Shown here piece by piece: positions 1 to 10,760 of a DNA stretch of 64,000 nucleotides. The position numbers and the translations under genes are program-made. This DNA is from Eledone cirrhosa (taxonomy: Eukaryota). How positions within the stretch are numbered: position 1 is the first letter of the stretch; each line of letters starts with the position of its first letter. The stretch lies in the NCBI GenBank assembly GCA_964016885.1, contig OZ024750.1, positions 14,198,001 to 14,262,000 on the forward strand, given 5' to 3'. The notes under the pieces are model-generated. The model did no database searches. It was not told the DNA's origin and was given only the letters and a program-made list of their open reading frames with translations.

Positions 1-129
1 ATACAGACAGATAAATAGACATGTAGGAAGATAGGCAGGCAGACAGATAAACAAACAGATAGGTAGATAGACAGATGGGTATGTAGACAGGCAGACAGAG
101 ATGGAGGTAAATAGATAGGCACATAGATA
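1..129. repeat. Degenerate (GATA/GACA)n tetranucleotide microsatellite, continuing at ~700-790 after a LINE insertion
   Basis: Runs of agat/agac/aggt units on both sides of the 130-697 LINE fragment. Confidence 0.85.
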
Positions 130-697
130 TCTTTCTTTATTTGCCACAGGGGCGTACAAAAATGGGACATTACAAGACGTGACGGCGGGGGTTTTACATA
201 AAAATAACTTTAACATTAATAAATAACAATAAACTATATATAATAAAATAACAATTGAAATCCCCAGTAGAGGGGAACGTTACTGCAGGGTTGTTTTACA
301 CCCCGTGGATAGAACAACCCTCAACACCAGGAACACGTTTTGTAGGTGTTCCTGTCTTCCCTCTGTTTATCTTCCTCAACCTACAGGTTTATATACAGAG
401 AAGGCCCATTCACTCGGGCCATTTTCTCCACATTCACCCACCTTTCAGCGAATTTACTGGGGTGTAGCACCTCTCTCTCCACTCTCACCTTCCTTCTGAA
501 GTGATACTTAAAGAAGGGGATAAGTTGTTGTCCGGAGAGAAAGGTGTTTACCCTCAGTCCTTTTAATCTCGTCCACCATATTACCTCTTTCGCCATAGCC
601 ACTAGACAGAGGAAAACCGCCTCTCCTTCGTTCTTAAATGAAGGCGGCGGGGTGATCCTCACGATGGACTCGGCTGACAACTGGATGTGTCCCACAC
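130..697 (-). mobile_element. 5'-truncated Tx1/L1-clade non-LTR retrotransposon 3' end
   Basis: ORF 381-695 is closely similar to the C-terminus of ORF 7968-8942 (IQLSAESIVRI..EAVFLC..FAERWVNV..SLYINL). Both copies share a 3' UTR ending tgtggcaaataaagaaa. Confidence 0.85.
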
Positions 698-1131
698 GTG
701 ACAGCAGGTAGGTAAATAGATAGGTAAATAGATAGATAGGCTGTCAGACAGCTAGATATACAGAGAAGTAGGTCGACCGACAGACAGGTAGTTGTCATGT
801 TTGTTATAAACAAAGCTAGAGAAACACTCATATATACACATTGTTTGGGTTTGTGTTGTCAACACTGTGTGAAAAAGGAAAATGTTATTTCTAATATCCC
901 TTACCCTCTCTTTTTCTCCACACATGTACATGCATGTGATTGTATCATCATCATCATCATCTTAACATACCTTTTCCCACGCCAGAGGTCTTTACCTGAT
1001 TTTTATAAGCTATTTTATAGCAACTGATTGTAATTGCAGTTATTTTATGTGCCTGAGCTTCCTATACATATATATATGTATATATATATATATATATATG
1101 TGTATAAATATATATATGTGTATAAATATAT

Positions 1132-1164
<33 letters not shown>

Positions 1165-1370
1165 ATGATTCAGCGAGAATCGCATTTTCGGCGGGCAGGA
1201 AAAGCGAAGCGAAACGCAAAAATCAGAAATGATATATATATATATGTAGGAGGTGAGTTTTATTGTAGCACAATAAAGCAATGCAAATATTGGATAAGTA
1301 GCACTCAACAGTTTATAGGACTGGAGTATAAATAATATAAGATCAAAAGATGGTTAAAAGAGTTCCATGT

Positions 1371-1439
1371 ATTTTATTTTGCGCATTTCAAAAACAAATA
1401 TCATCATGGGATGATATTTGCGTTTTCATCAGATAAAAT
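1371..1439 (-). ncRNA. Degenerate type-I hammerhead ribozyme (family A)
   Basis: attttat-CTGATGA-stem II (caaatatcatc/gatgatatttg)-GAAA-tgcgca-AA-ataaaat. U16.1 is replaced by A and G10.1 by A, so probably inactive. Confidence 0.7.
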
Positions 1440-2193
1440 AGGGAGACATGATATGAAGCTTAAAACACTTGCGAGCAGTGAAGTGTTAAATCAACATATG
1501 AAAAATAAAATAAGATGGATATATAAGATTGGGAAAAAAAGAAGGAAGGGGGGAGGAAGAGGAAGAAAGAAAATAATAAGAAAAAAATATATAATAATAA
1601 GGAAAGGATGACAGAGGAGGAGTATAAGAAGGAAGGATGAGAGAGGAGAAATGAGTGAGAGAGAGATAACCTTTAATACTGAGAAACACTGTCTCACAGA
1701 GAGAAATTTAAAAAAACCATTGTAAGATAGTACGAGGTTTATGAATGGTGATGTTTATGATTAAAGAAAAGGAAATATATAAACCTTAAATAAATACTAT
1801 TCTTAATTCCTTTTTCTTTAATCATAAACATCACCATTCATAAACCTCATTAACTTTTAATTTCAAAAATTTTTTAAATTATGTACTATCTTACAACGGT
1901 TTTTTTTTTTATTTCTCTCTGTGAGACAGTGTTTCTCAGTATTAAAGGTTATCTCTCTCTCTCACTCATTTCTCCTCCTCTCTCATCCTTCCTTCTTATA
2001 CTCCTCCTCTGTCATCCTTTCCTTATTATTTTTTTTTTTATTATTATTTTCTTTCTTCCTCTTCCTTACCTTTTCCTTCCCCCTTCCTTCTTATTTTCCC
2101 AATCTCATATATCCATCTTATTTTATTTTTCATATGTTGATTTAACACTTCACTGCTCGCAAGTGTTTTTTAAGCTTTATATCATGTCTCCCT

Positions 2194-2262
2194 ATTTTAT
2201 ATGATGAGAACGCAAATATCATCCCATGATGATATTTGTTTTTGAAATGCGCATAATAAAAT
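2194..2262 (+). ncRNA. Degenerate type-I hammerhead ribozyme (family A)
   Basis: attttat-ATGATGA (C3>A)-stem II-GAAA-tgcgca-TA-ataaaat. Confidence 0.7.
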
Positions 2263-2314
2263 ACATGGAACTCTTTTAACCATCTTTTGATCTTATATTA
2301 TATATATATATATA

Positions 2315-2652
2315 TCATCATCATCATCATCATCATTTTACATTCGCTTTTCCTTGCTTGCAAGGGTGGGACGGGAACTGATTCTGGCTTGATTTCTACA
2401 GCTGGATGCCCTTCCTAACACCAACCTCATTTACAGTGAGTGCTGGGTGCTTTTTTTGCCGTGGCACCTACACGTCCACTTTACAGTGGAATGATAGGGA
2501 CCCCAGTCCCTATCATCTCATTTCTACAGCTGAGTAAACTGGAGCAATGTGAAATAAAGTGTCTTGCTCAAGGAAACAACACATCACCCGGTCTGAGAAT
2601 TGAACTCACAACCTTTCGATTGCAAGGCCAATGCTCTAACCACTAAGCCATG
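2315..2652 (-). mobile_element. tRNA-derived SINE with RTE-like (GAT)n tail; near-identical copy at ~33935-34260
   Basis: Minus-strand head tggcttagtggttagagc (A box) ... gttcaattc (B box), internal hairpin gatagggac/gtccctatc, (cat)n tail. Confidence 0.8.
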
Positions 2653-4212
2653 ATTAGAAAGTGAGGTTTTTTTACAAAATAAAAAAAAAGGAGGTGTCCT
2701 ACACGAGTGAAAGTATAAGGAAAAAAGATGAAATTGAAAATGCAACTGGAGTCTTTTTTTTTTTAATATATTTATTTGGTTCCTTTACCGGTTTCGCAGT
2801 TCTTGTGCTTTTCAAAAGTAGAATTGAGATGGAGGGTTTGTGGTTTTTCTCGCATATATATATATAGGTGAAATTGTTTTCAAGGGGGTTAAGTGGATGA
2901 GAATTAAATCTACACCAGGATAAGGTGCCAGTCTATAGCAGGAAACACACATAGAGCAGCCAGAAACAAAACAAACAAACAAAAAACCAGAAAAAACATA
3001 AATGAAAATTGGAAATAGTAAGAAGGTGGACAGCATTGACAGCAGTAATTGTAAAAGCATAGAGAGGTAGGTGGTAACTAACTTAAGATTCAGCCCAGTT
3101 TAGCAGGGAAGGTCAGTACAAAAGCTTTGTTAATGCTTATTTTAGAATATCTTGAGGTTTTGATAGTTAAATACTGAGACTTAACTGACTGCCATTGAGA
3201 CTTCTAGGGTCCTTAGTCCCATGTCCCTAATCAGCCATTTTCCTCCACAAATTTGGGAGGCGTGCATCCCATTTGAGGTAGATTGGTTGATGCAGCAGGT
3301 CGCCATTTTGTCTGTGGGGGTTCAACTGAGATATACAAAATACACCCTGTAGTTGTTGTTTTTAATATGCCAACTCTTTTACCTGTTCCAGCCATCCAAC
3401 TGAGGCCTTGCTGGGGCAATGTTGAGAAATTGTAAATTTTTTTTTAATTTTTTTTTTATATAAAATCTTCTAGCACCTGAAAATATTAAATGTAACTGTC
3501 CAAACTCCATATTAACCTCACATTCCTTCACCTTCCTGTGACCTTTACTGTTGACTGCGATGATGGACAATAATATCCTTTTCAAGCAAAATCAAAATTA
3601 AATTGATATAAAAAAAAACAACTAAGATTACCGTTGATAATAAAAATTAGATTGACAGCTAGCAGCTAATTAACTACAGCTGGCTATCTAAAAATATATA
3701 TTAATTACTGGCAGTAGGAAATATTTTTATTTACAGTAATAATAATAATAACAATAATAATGACAATAATAATAAAAAAAAGAAAAGGAAGCAAAAGAAA
3801 AAAGAATAGGAAAATATAGAGAAAAAGAATGAGAAGGGGGGGGGGGGCAAGAGCTCTGGTGTAGCAGAAGAGAAGGGGGTGATTGGGCCTTGGGCCTAGA
3901 GCATGGGGCCAGAAGGGTTGCGCCCTGCTGACAAGACCGCAAAAGCATTCCCGCGGACAATGGCCACCCATCCTCACGAGGCTCCCTCCTCAGATGGGCC
4001 GCCAACGCTCTGATCTTGCGGAGGAGTTCGGCTGTACGAGGTCTCAATGACAACCAGTGTATACATGCCAAAGAGATATATACATGCCCAGATACCTTAA
4101 CATTGTTGACATTCCAAAATGGTAAGAAATTCTGAAACCAGTCATGTATATTAAACTGAACTATGACAATGAAGAAGGAAATAAAAAATATCAAATAAAC
4201 TTTATAAGGTCA

Positions 4213-4911
4213 TACAAGGGTCAGTTGAAAATTTCATAGGCTGACTATGAAGGAATGATTCTAGAGTTGTGAAATCTTGCATGCATTAATTTCAACTATT
4301 CTTATTAATAACAGTAATGTTTCTTTCCAGGGACTAGGTTGAAAAATATACCTCATTTGGTCATTTCATGAGAGTATCTTGGTCAGCCTGTGAAGTTTTC
4401 ATAGGTTGACTATGAAGGAGTGATGCTAGAGTTGTGAAATCGTGTATGCATTAATTTCAACTATTCTTATTAATAACAGCAATGTTTCTTTCCAGGGACT
4501 AGGTTGAAAAATATACCTCATTTGGTCATTTCATGAGAGTATCTTGGTCAGCCTGTGAAGTTTTCATAGGTTGACTATGAAGGAGTGATGCTAGAGTTGT
4601 GAAATCGTGTATGCATTAATTTCAACTATTCTTATTAATAACAGCAATGTTTCTTTCCAGGGACTAGGTTGAAAAATATACCTCATTTGGTCATTTCATG
4701 AGAGTATCTTGGTCAGCCTGTGAAGTTTTCATAGGTTGACTATGAAGGAGTGATGCTAGAGTTGTGAAATCGTGTATGCATTAATTTCAACTATTCTTAT
4801 TAATAGTGGCTTTGTTTCTTTCCAGGGACTATGTTGAAAGAAATGTACCTCATTTGGTTATTCCATGAGAGTATCTTGGTCAGCATATGAAGTTTTCAGC
4901 CAACACGTGTA
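4213..4911. mobile_element. Tc1/mariner-like MITE whose body is tandemly amplified as 4 x 165-bp units
   Basis: TA-flanked imperfect TIRs (tacaagggtcagttgaaaatttcatagg / catatgaagttttcagccaacacgtgta). ttcatagg ends at 4240, 4405, 4570 and 4735. Short relative at ~35200-35282. Confidence 0.75.
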
Positions 4912-5351
4912 AAGTGAAAACTATGCTATGAACCAAGATAGGATTTCCTCATCAGTTTTCCATGTTGGACAAGTTGTTAACGTCCATGAATCATATCTGT
5001 CTTGATTCTTATGTTCCATATTTGACATGGTTGCTATGGCTGGAAGGAGATCCTTCCTAACACCAGCACTACCACTTTACAGACAGTATTGGGTGCATTT
5101 TATTACAACCACTTTACAGAGTTACTGAGTGCTAATTATTGCAGCATCAACACTACTTACTTTACAGTGTTTTGGGTATTTTTTTAAATTATGGTATCAG
5201 TCTTAATACAATAAAGAAATATGAGCAGATAATTAATATTAGTTAGCATGGAAACAGAGACTCAGATTTTGAGAGTCAAACAGGAAATTGTAATATTTAT
5301 GATATTCTCAAAAGCACAATATGTTGCTCCATCTGAAATTTGAAACTGAGT

Positions 5352-5577
5352 TTAATCCTTTAGCATTTACATTACTCTATATTTATTATTGTATTTTCAT
5401 GGTAAAGGCTTTTACCTCGCATAATTATCTTACATAGTATCGAATCTACGAGATTTTGATGTTATTTATTTTGAGAACAATACCTTAACATAAGTATAAG
5501 CAGTCGGTTATGGTCAGTTTGAACAGAAAGGAGAGAATTCTGGCCAGATACATCCGGTTTAAATGCTAAAGGGTTAA
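5352..5577. mobile_element. piggyBac-like MITE (~215 bp), representative of ~12 copies in the window
   Basis: Family consensus termini TTAA-CCCTTTAGCATTT ... AAATGCTAAAGGG-TTAA. Other full or partial copies near 9570-9715, 9786-9960, 10983-11172, 14450-14630, 20403-20618, 32137-32341, 40988-41190, 41683-41907, 51683-51878, 52756-52864 and 61560-61784. Confidence 0.85.
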
Positions 5578-5659
5578 GATTAGATCTGCTAATTATACTG
5601 TTGCATCTTAATAGTTATCAACCCCTTTTATTTTTTACATTTGCTTTTCAATGCTTGAT

Positions 5660-6150
5660 GGCTTCTGCTACCTAGGTGACTTAATTAGTAGCAGAGGAGG
5701 GTGCTCTGAGAGCATAATAGCTAGAATAAGGATAGGATGAAAGAAGTTTAGTGAGCTACTCCCATTGTTGACAACAAAAGCATGGCTCTATGACGCTTGT
5801 GTGCAAAGTGTGATGCTGCACAGTAGTGAAACATAGGCTGTGACTGCAGAGGACATGCGTAGACTAGAGAGAAATGAAGCAACCATGCTCTGTTGGATGT
5901 GCAATGTAAGTGTGAGAGAAAGGCAGAGCCTGGATGAACTGAGGGAGAAACTGGGTTTAAGAGGAATCCGAGGTGGTGTGCAGGAGAGAAGACTGTGTTG
6001 GTATGGACATGTGATGCGCATGGATGATGATCTCTGGGTGAAGCAGTGCTAAGTAATCCCAGTGCAAGAAGCCACAGTAGAAGTAGACTAAGGAAGACCT
6101 GGGTGGAGGTGGTGAGAGCTGATCTCAAATTGCTGAAACTCACAGAGAGT
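5660..6150 (+). mobile_element. RTE-clade LINE 3' fragment (degenerate RT C-terminus)
   Basis: Translates to GGCSESIIARIRIG, LERNEATMLCWMCNV, LCWYGHVMRM and KTWVEVV, typical of RTE ORF ends. Confidence 0.85.
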
Positions 6151-6509
6151 CACTGGTACCAAACAATATCAGCCATTGCCTTTCTCTTGGATGACATCAT
6201 ATATAGTGTATACATAGATTATAAAGTGTGTATATAATGTATGAGTTGTGATGTCACTGGTGCCAAACAGTATCAGGCATTGCATTTCCCTTGGACAATA
6301 TCGGTGGCATGCAGAGGGGAGACTTGCATGCATAGGCAACTGCTGGTCTTCCACAAACAACCTTGCCTGGATTTGCGCCTCAGAAGGGAACTTTTTAGGT
6401 GCAAAGCCCATGGTCATTCATGGCGGAAGAGAATTTCTTGGAAAAATACATATTTCAGGAACTTTAGTTCTAGACTAAGTACAATTAATCGGTTTGTTTC
6501 CATTATTGG

Positions 6510-6725
6510 TGATGGTTGGCAGAATCAGTAGAACGTCGAACATGTTTTGCGGCATTTAATTACAACTTTCTACGTTCTGAGTTCAAATCCTGCTGAAGTT
6601 AACTTTGCCTTTCATCCTTACGGGGTCGATAAATAAAGTACCAGTAACATTCTGGGGTCGTTTTAATCGACATTTTCTTCCTCCCCAAAATTGCTGGTCT
6701 TGAGCCTAAATTAAAAATCATTAAA
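6510..6725 (+). mobile_element. tRNA-derived SINE, second family; representative of ~14 copies
   Basis: tggcagaat.. A box, gagttcaaatcc B box, core ctttgcctttcatccttacggggtcgataaa-taaagtaccag. Other copies near 9965-10150(-), 19405-19640(+), 19725-19850(-), 20070-20270(-), 21215-21375(-), 25477-25660(+), 26891-27076(+), 43868-44058(+), 50661-50850(+), 55210-55432(+), 57815-58140(-), 58570-58678(-) and 63430-63610(+). Confidence 0.85.
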
Positions 6726-7732
6726 CATGTTTAAAAATCAACTTCGGTGAGATTTGAACTAAGAAGAGAACGTCTAGATTTGATCATATCCACTTCTATA
6801 CTTGTAGAGTGCTGGTGGTGTTGGCAGATCAAATAACAACGAAACGTACTAAAATCGATTCGACCGCGTTTGTAAAAGAAAAAAAACGAAAAAAGTCTTT
6901 GTCTACAAAATATACGAAATTTAGCAGTTACAAAAAGCAACAAGAAAACTTAGGTTGCACAGCAATAAAAATAAAAAACCTGCTGATCAACTACTGAATT
7001 GGTGAGTAGAAAAATGTTGAGAATGTAGTTGTGGTGGTGGTGGAAATGAGGTTTGAAAGCTCGCCTAAGTTGTGTAGGTGTGTGTGGTGAGTGGGCGAAT
7101 ATATGTTTGTGGTGTATGAGTGTTAGGGTGCGTGGTATGTGAGTGTGTATATGTACATGTGATATATTAGTGTGAATGTGAGAGTGTGTTAAAAGTAAGA
7201 TTAGCAACGAGACAAGATTCTTCTTTCCCTCAGAATATAAACAACTCTCAAGGACAGAGAAATATTTCAGATAACCTAGATGTTGTTTATTTACTTGCGG
7301 TGCAATCTTATCAAATATGAATATTTAAAGAAGAATTAAATACGTGATTTCCTTCGAAGGAGGTAAATCCTTGCTCTGGGTCGCAACATGCCTTGACACA
7401 TTCTCTGCCTCCAACTTAGTCCCTTCCTCTTTGTACCGGTTGCCATCGAAACCTCCGACCCCGGACGGCCGAGAAATCAAAACATTAGCAACCCGTCTGA
7501 GGAAGAAGCCCCGCAAGGTGGGTGGTCATTGTCGGCGGGGTGCAGCAAAACACCACCCCCGACCTAGGCGTAGAGACGGTCACTATCTCCCCTTCCCTCT
7601 TTTTCTTTTCATTTATAGCATTTATAGTTCAATTCCTATACAGCCAAATCTGCCCTTCCACACTTTTTTTCATTACTTAATGTTGTTTTTATTATTTCCA
7701 TAATTGTATAACTTCTGTTTGTAAAATATATA

Positions 7733-9560
7733 TTTCTTTATTTGCCACAAGGGCGCACACGAAAAGGGGACAAAACAAAGACACATGTCGGGGATTTTAC
7801 ATACAATCGTGTAAAAATATTGAAATAAACAAATTAAACAATCGAAATCCCCAATAGGAGGGAGGCGCCACAAATGGGTTGTTTAATACCCCGTAGACAG
7901 AACAACCCTCAACTTCAGGAGCGTATTGTGCAAGTGCTCCCTTCTTCCTTTCGCTCTCTTCTTCAACCTACAGGTTTATATACAGAGAAGACTCAATCAC
8001 TCGGGCCATTTTTGCCACATTCACCCACCTTTCAGTAAATTTACTGGGGTGCACTGCCTCTCCCGCCACTCTGATTCTCCTTCTAAAATTGTACCTAAAG
8101 AAGGGAATGAGTTGTTGTCCGGAGATAAAGGCATCTGTTCTCAGTCCTCTCAATCTCATCCACCATATAACCTCTTTCACCATAGCCACTATACAAAGGA
8201 AAACCGCCTCTCTTTCGTTTTTAAAAGAGGTTGGCGGTTTGATCCTTACTATGGACTCGGCAGTCAACTGGATTTGACCCATACGCGATAGCAGTTGTTC
8301 TGTACGCAGGTCGGTTACGTCCGGGCAGTGTACAATTGCGTGCAAGACGGTTTCAATGTCCTGCTCGCATCTTGGACACATACTCTTGGAAGGATCTCTG
8401 CCGGGGCGTCCGTGCCTGTAGATCTTTTCTCGAACTGGTAGAGCTCCTCGGTAGCACTGCCAGGCCAGGGACCTCTGGAAGTTGTCCATAGGTCCCGGGC
8501 GGAAAGTCCTACCAAACAGACTGGTGAGTTCGTCGTCTTCGACGCCCAGAGTCCCTCCGAGCACGTCGTCGCCCTTGTGACGTACTAACCCTCTATAGAA
8601 TGTCGAAGTGGAGTCTCCACTGATTGTTGTACCCACTTGACAGAGGACTGTGAGCACCTGAGCGCATTCTATGTGCCAGGCGCCCATCTTCTTCGGTCTC
8701 CGCTTGACCCAGGACTGCAGCTCTGTCAGTGAGACAAGTTGCGGGAAGTCCCGCCTCACAAACGGGAGCAGAGTTATGGGTCTAAAGTTGCTTAGTTCGT
8801 CCCCTTTGTTCTCGTCTTTCCTGATTAGCGTTACTATGCCCCTGCCTGCAGAACTGGGAATTCTCCCTTTCTGCTGCCAGTTGCAGTAGACGGCTTCAAG
8901 GACGCCAGAGAACAAGTCCGGCATACTCATAGGGTAGACCATCTAGACCGGGCGATTTGCGTTTCCCGCAGCGGCCAGTGACTGTGATCGGTCTTTCGCA
9001 GAACTCGGCGCCCATGCTCGAGAGACGCGGCAGGCTGTCGAGGTATGAACCGAAGTCCATTGCTCCGTCACTCTGCTCGAACAGTTGCGCAGTGTCGCTG
9101 AAAGGCCGCGCACATCCGCTTGGGGTCAAGTAGCACGCTCCGTTTTGGTCTTTCAAAGACCGAATCGTGGACTTGTTGCCACTGCCACTCGGGCCCAGCT
9201 TTTGCTCCCTCGTTTCCGAGAGCACGTGATTTACTTCTGACCATGCAGCCTTCGTGTTTCGCGCGAAGAACTGGTCCAGTGCCGTTCTCGTTGCAAGCAC
9301 TTTAGCTGCGCTGCTACTCCTAAGCGCCTGCTCTACCTTGGCTACTAGTTCTGTTTTGTTTTTCTCTAAGGCTAATTCTCTGCAAAATTGACTACTCTAA
9401 TTGCTCTCTTGAGAGAGTAACACCATCTGTCGCTGACGATGGTTCCCGTCAACAGTTGCTTAATTAATCTACTTATCCGTTCACTGTAAGCTTTACGTAT
9501 CGGTAGCGACACGTTCAGCTTCCAGTATTCGGGTCCTTGTCTATGTATTCTATCACGGTT
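7733..9560 (-). mobile_element. Tx1/L1-clade LINE ORF2 remnant with the RT core internally deleted
   Basis: QGPEYWKLNV, KSPGLDGLPYE and NFRPITLL motifs join directly to the C-terminal region with a CCHC-type zinc finger (CPRC..ETVLHAIVHCP). Frameshifted; 3' UTR shared with the 130-697 copy. Confidence 0.9.
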
Positions 9561-10289
9561 GACACCTATTTCTGTTTAAACTGGCCACTCATACAGGTTA
9601 CTGTTCTCAAAATAAATAATATAATCTTAGATTCGATATTATGTGAGGTAAAGTGTTTACCGTGAAAATACAGTAGTAAATAAATATAGAGTAATATAAA
9701 TGCTAAAGGGTTAAGGGCAAATTAGAAAACACGGGCTTAACTCAGTCATATTCGTTTACTACTCTCACTCAGACTGTGGCACCACTTAAATCCTTTAACA
9801 TTTGAACCGGGCATATTTGGCCAGCATTCTCTCACCTCTTTCTCTTCAAACCGGCTGTAACTGGCCACTCATACTGTTAAGGTATTGTTATCAAAATGAA
9901 TAATATGAAAATCTCATAAATTCGATATGGTGTGAGATAAAGCCTTTACCACGAAAATACAATAATTATTTCTACTTTGGGCACAAGGCCAGCAATTATC
10001 CCAGTGTATTATTGGTACTTTATTTTATAGACCCCATAAAGATGAAAGGCAAAGTTAACCTCCGCAGGATTTGAACTCAGACCATAAAGGGCCATAACTC
10101 TTTGCTGCAAAGCATGGCGTCCGACCTGAAACTGCCAATTCACCGCCCTTGCCAAATATAAATACTAAAAGGTTAAAAGTTGATCATACTGACTCCAACT
10201 TAATTTATCAATCTCATGGGGGGGGGGGTACATAAATGGGAATGGCATAGTATAGGAACAATTGGTAATCATCATTGTTGTTGATTGGG

Positions 10290-10760
10290 ACCCTCATTAT
10301 GACATCGTCTTTGGTGCCTTTCCGCTTGCTTGGCAAGTTGTACTTTGCTTCCTCCAGGCACTGATCTGCTGTCAGGTCATGCCATGAGGTTGAATCCCAA
10401 GGTGTACAGATCCTCTTTAGTGCAGTCCTTCCAGCACGTGCATGGGCAGTCCCTGTTTCTGTCACTAATTCACCAAAGACAAGTTGCTTTGGAATGCAAG
10501 TATCTTCTATTCAGCAGACATGGCCAAGCCCTCTGAAACAGTTGTCTAGGATCATTGTTCCAACTGTAGTTGTCTTTGCATGGTATAGAACCTCTGTATT
10601 TATCCTTTTGTGCCACCATCTTATCTTGAGTAGGACACAAAGAGCATTGATGGAAGGCTTTTAATTTGCATAGGTGTGAGTAAGCATGAGCCATATCTCA
10701 CTACCATAACAGTAATGGGTGAACTAAGGTTTTGTACACTCTGAGGCTGGTTGCAGCTGA
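10290..10760 (-). mobile_element. Old RTE-type LINE fragment
   Basis: Reverse strand reads approximately LRVYKTLVHPLL/YGSEIW with frameshifts. Confidence 0.55.

Larger units (their letters stand above)
1334..2300. mobile_element. ~1 kb fold-back (inverted duplication) of a Penelope-like pseudo-LTR carrying a hammerhead motif in each arm
   Basis: Arms ~1334-1773 and ~1807-2300 are reverse complements. The right arm ends HHR motif-AATAAA-pyrimidine tract-(TA)n. The Penelope-like (PLE) assignment is inferred from this architecture. Confidence 0.7.
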
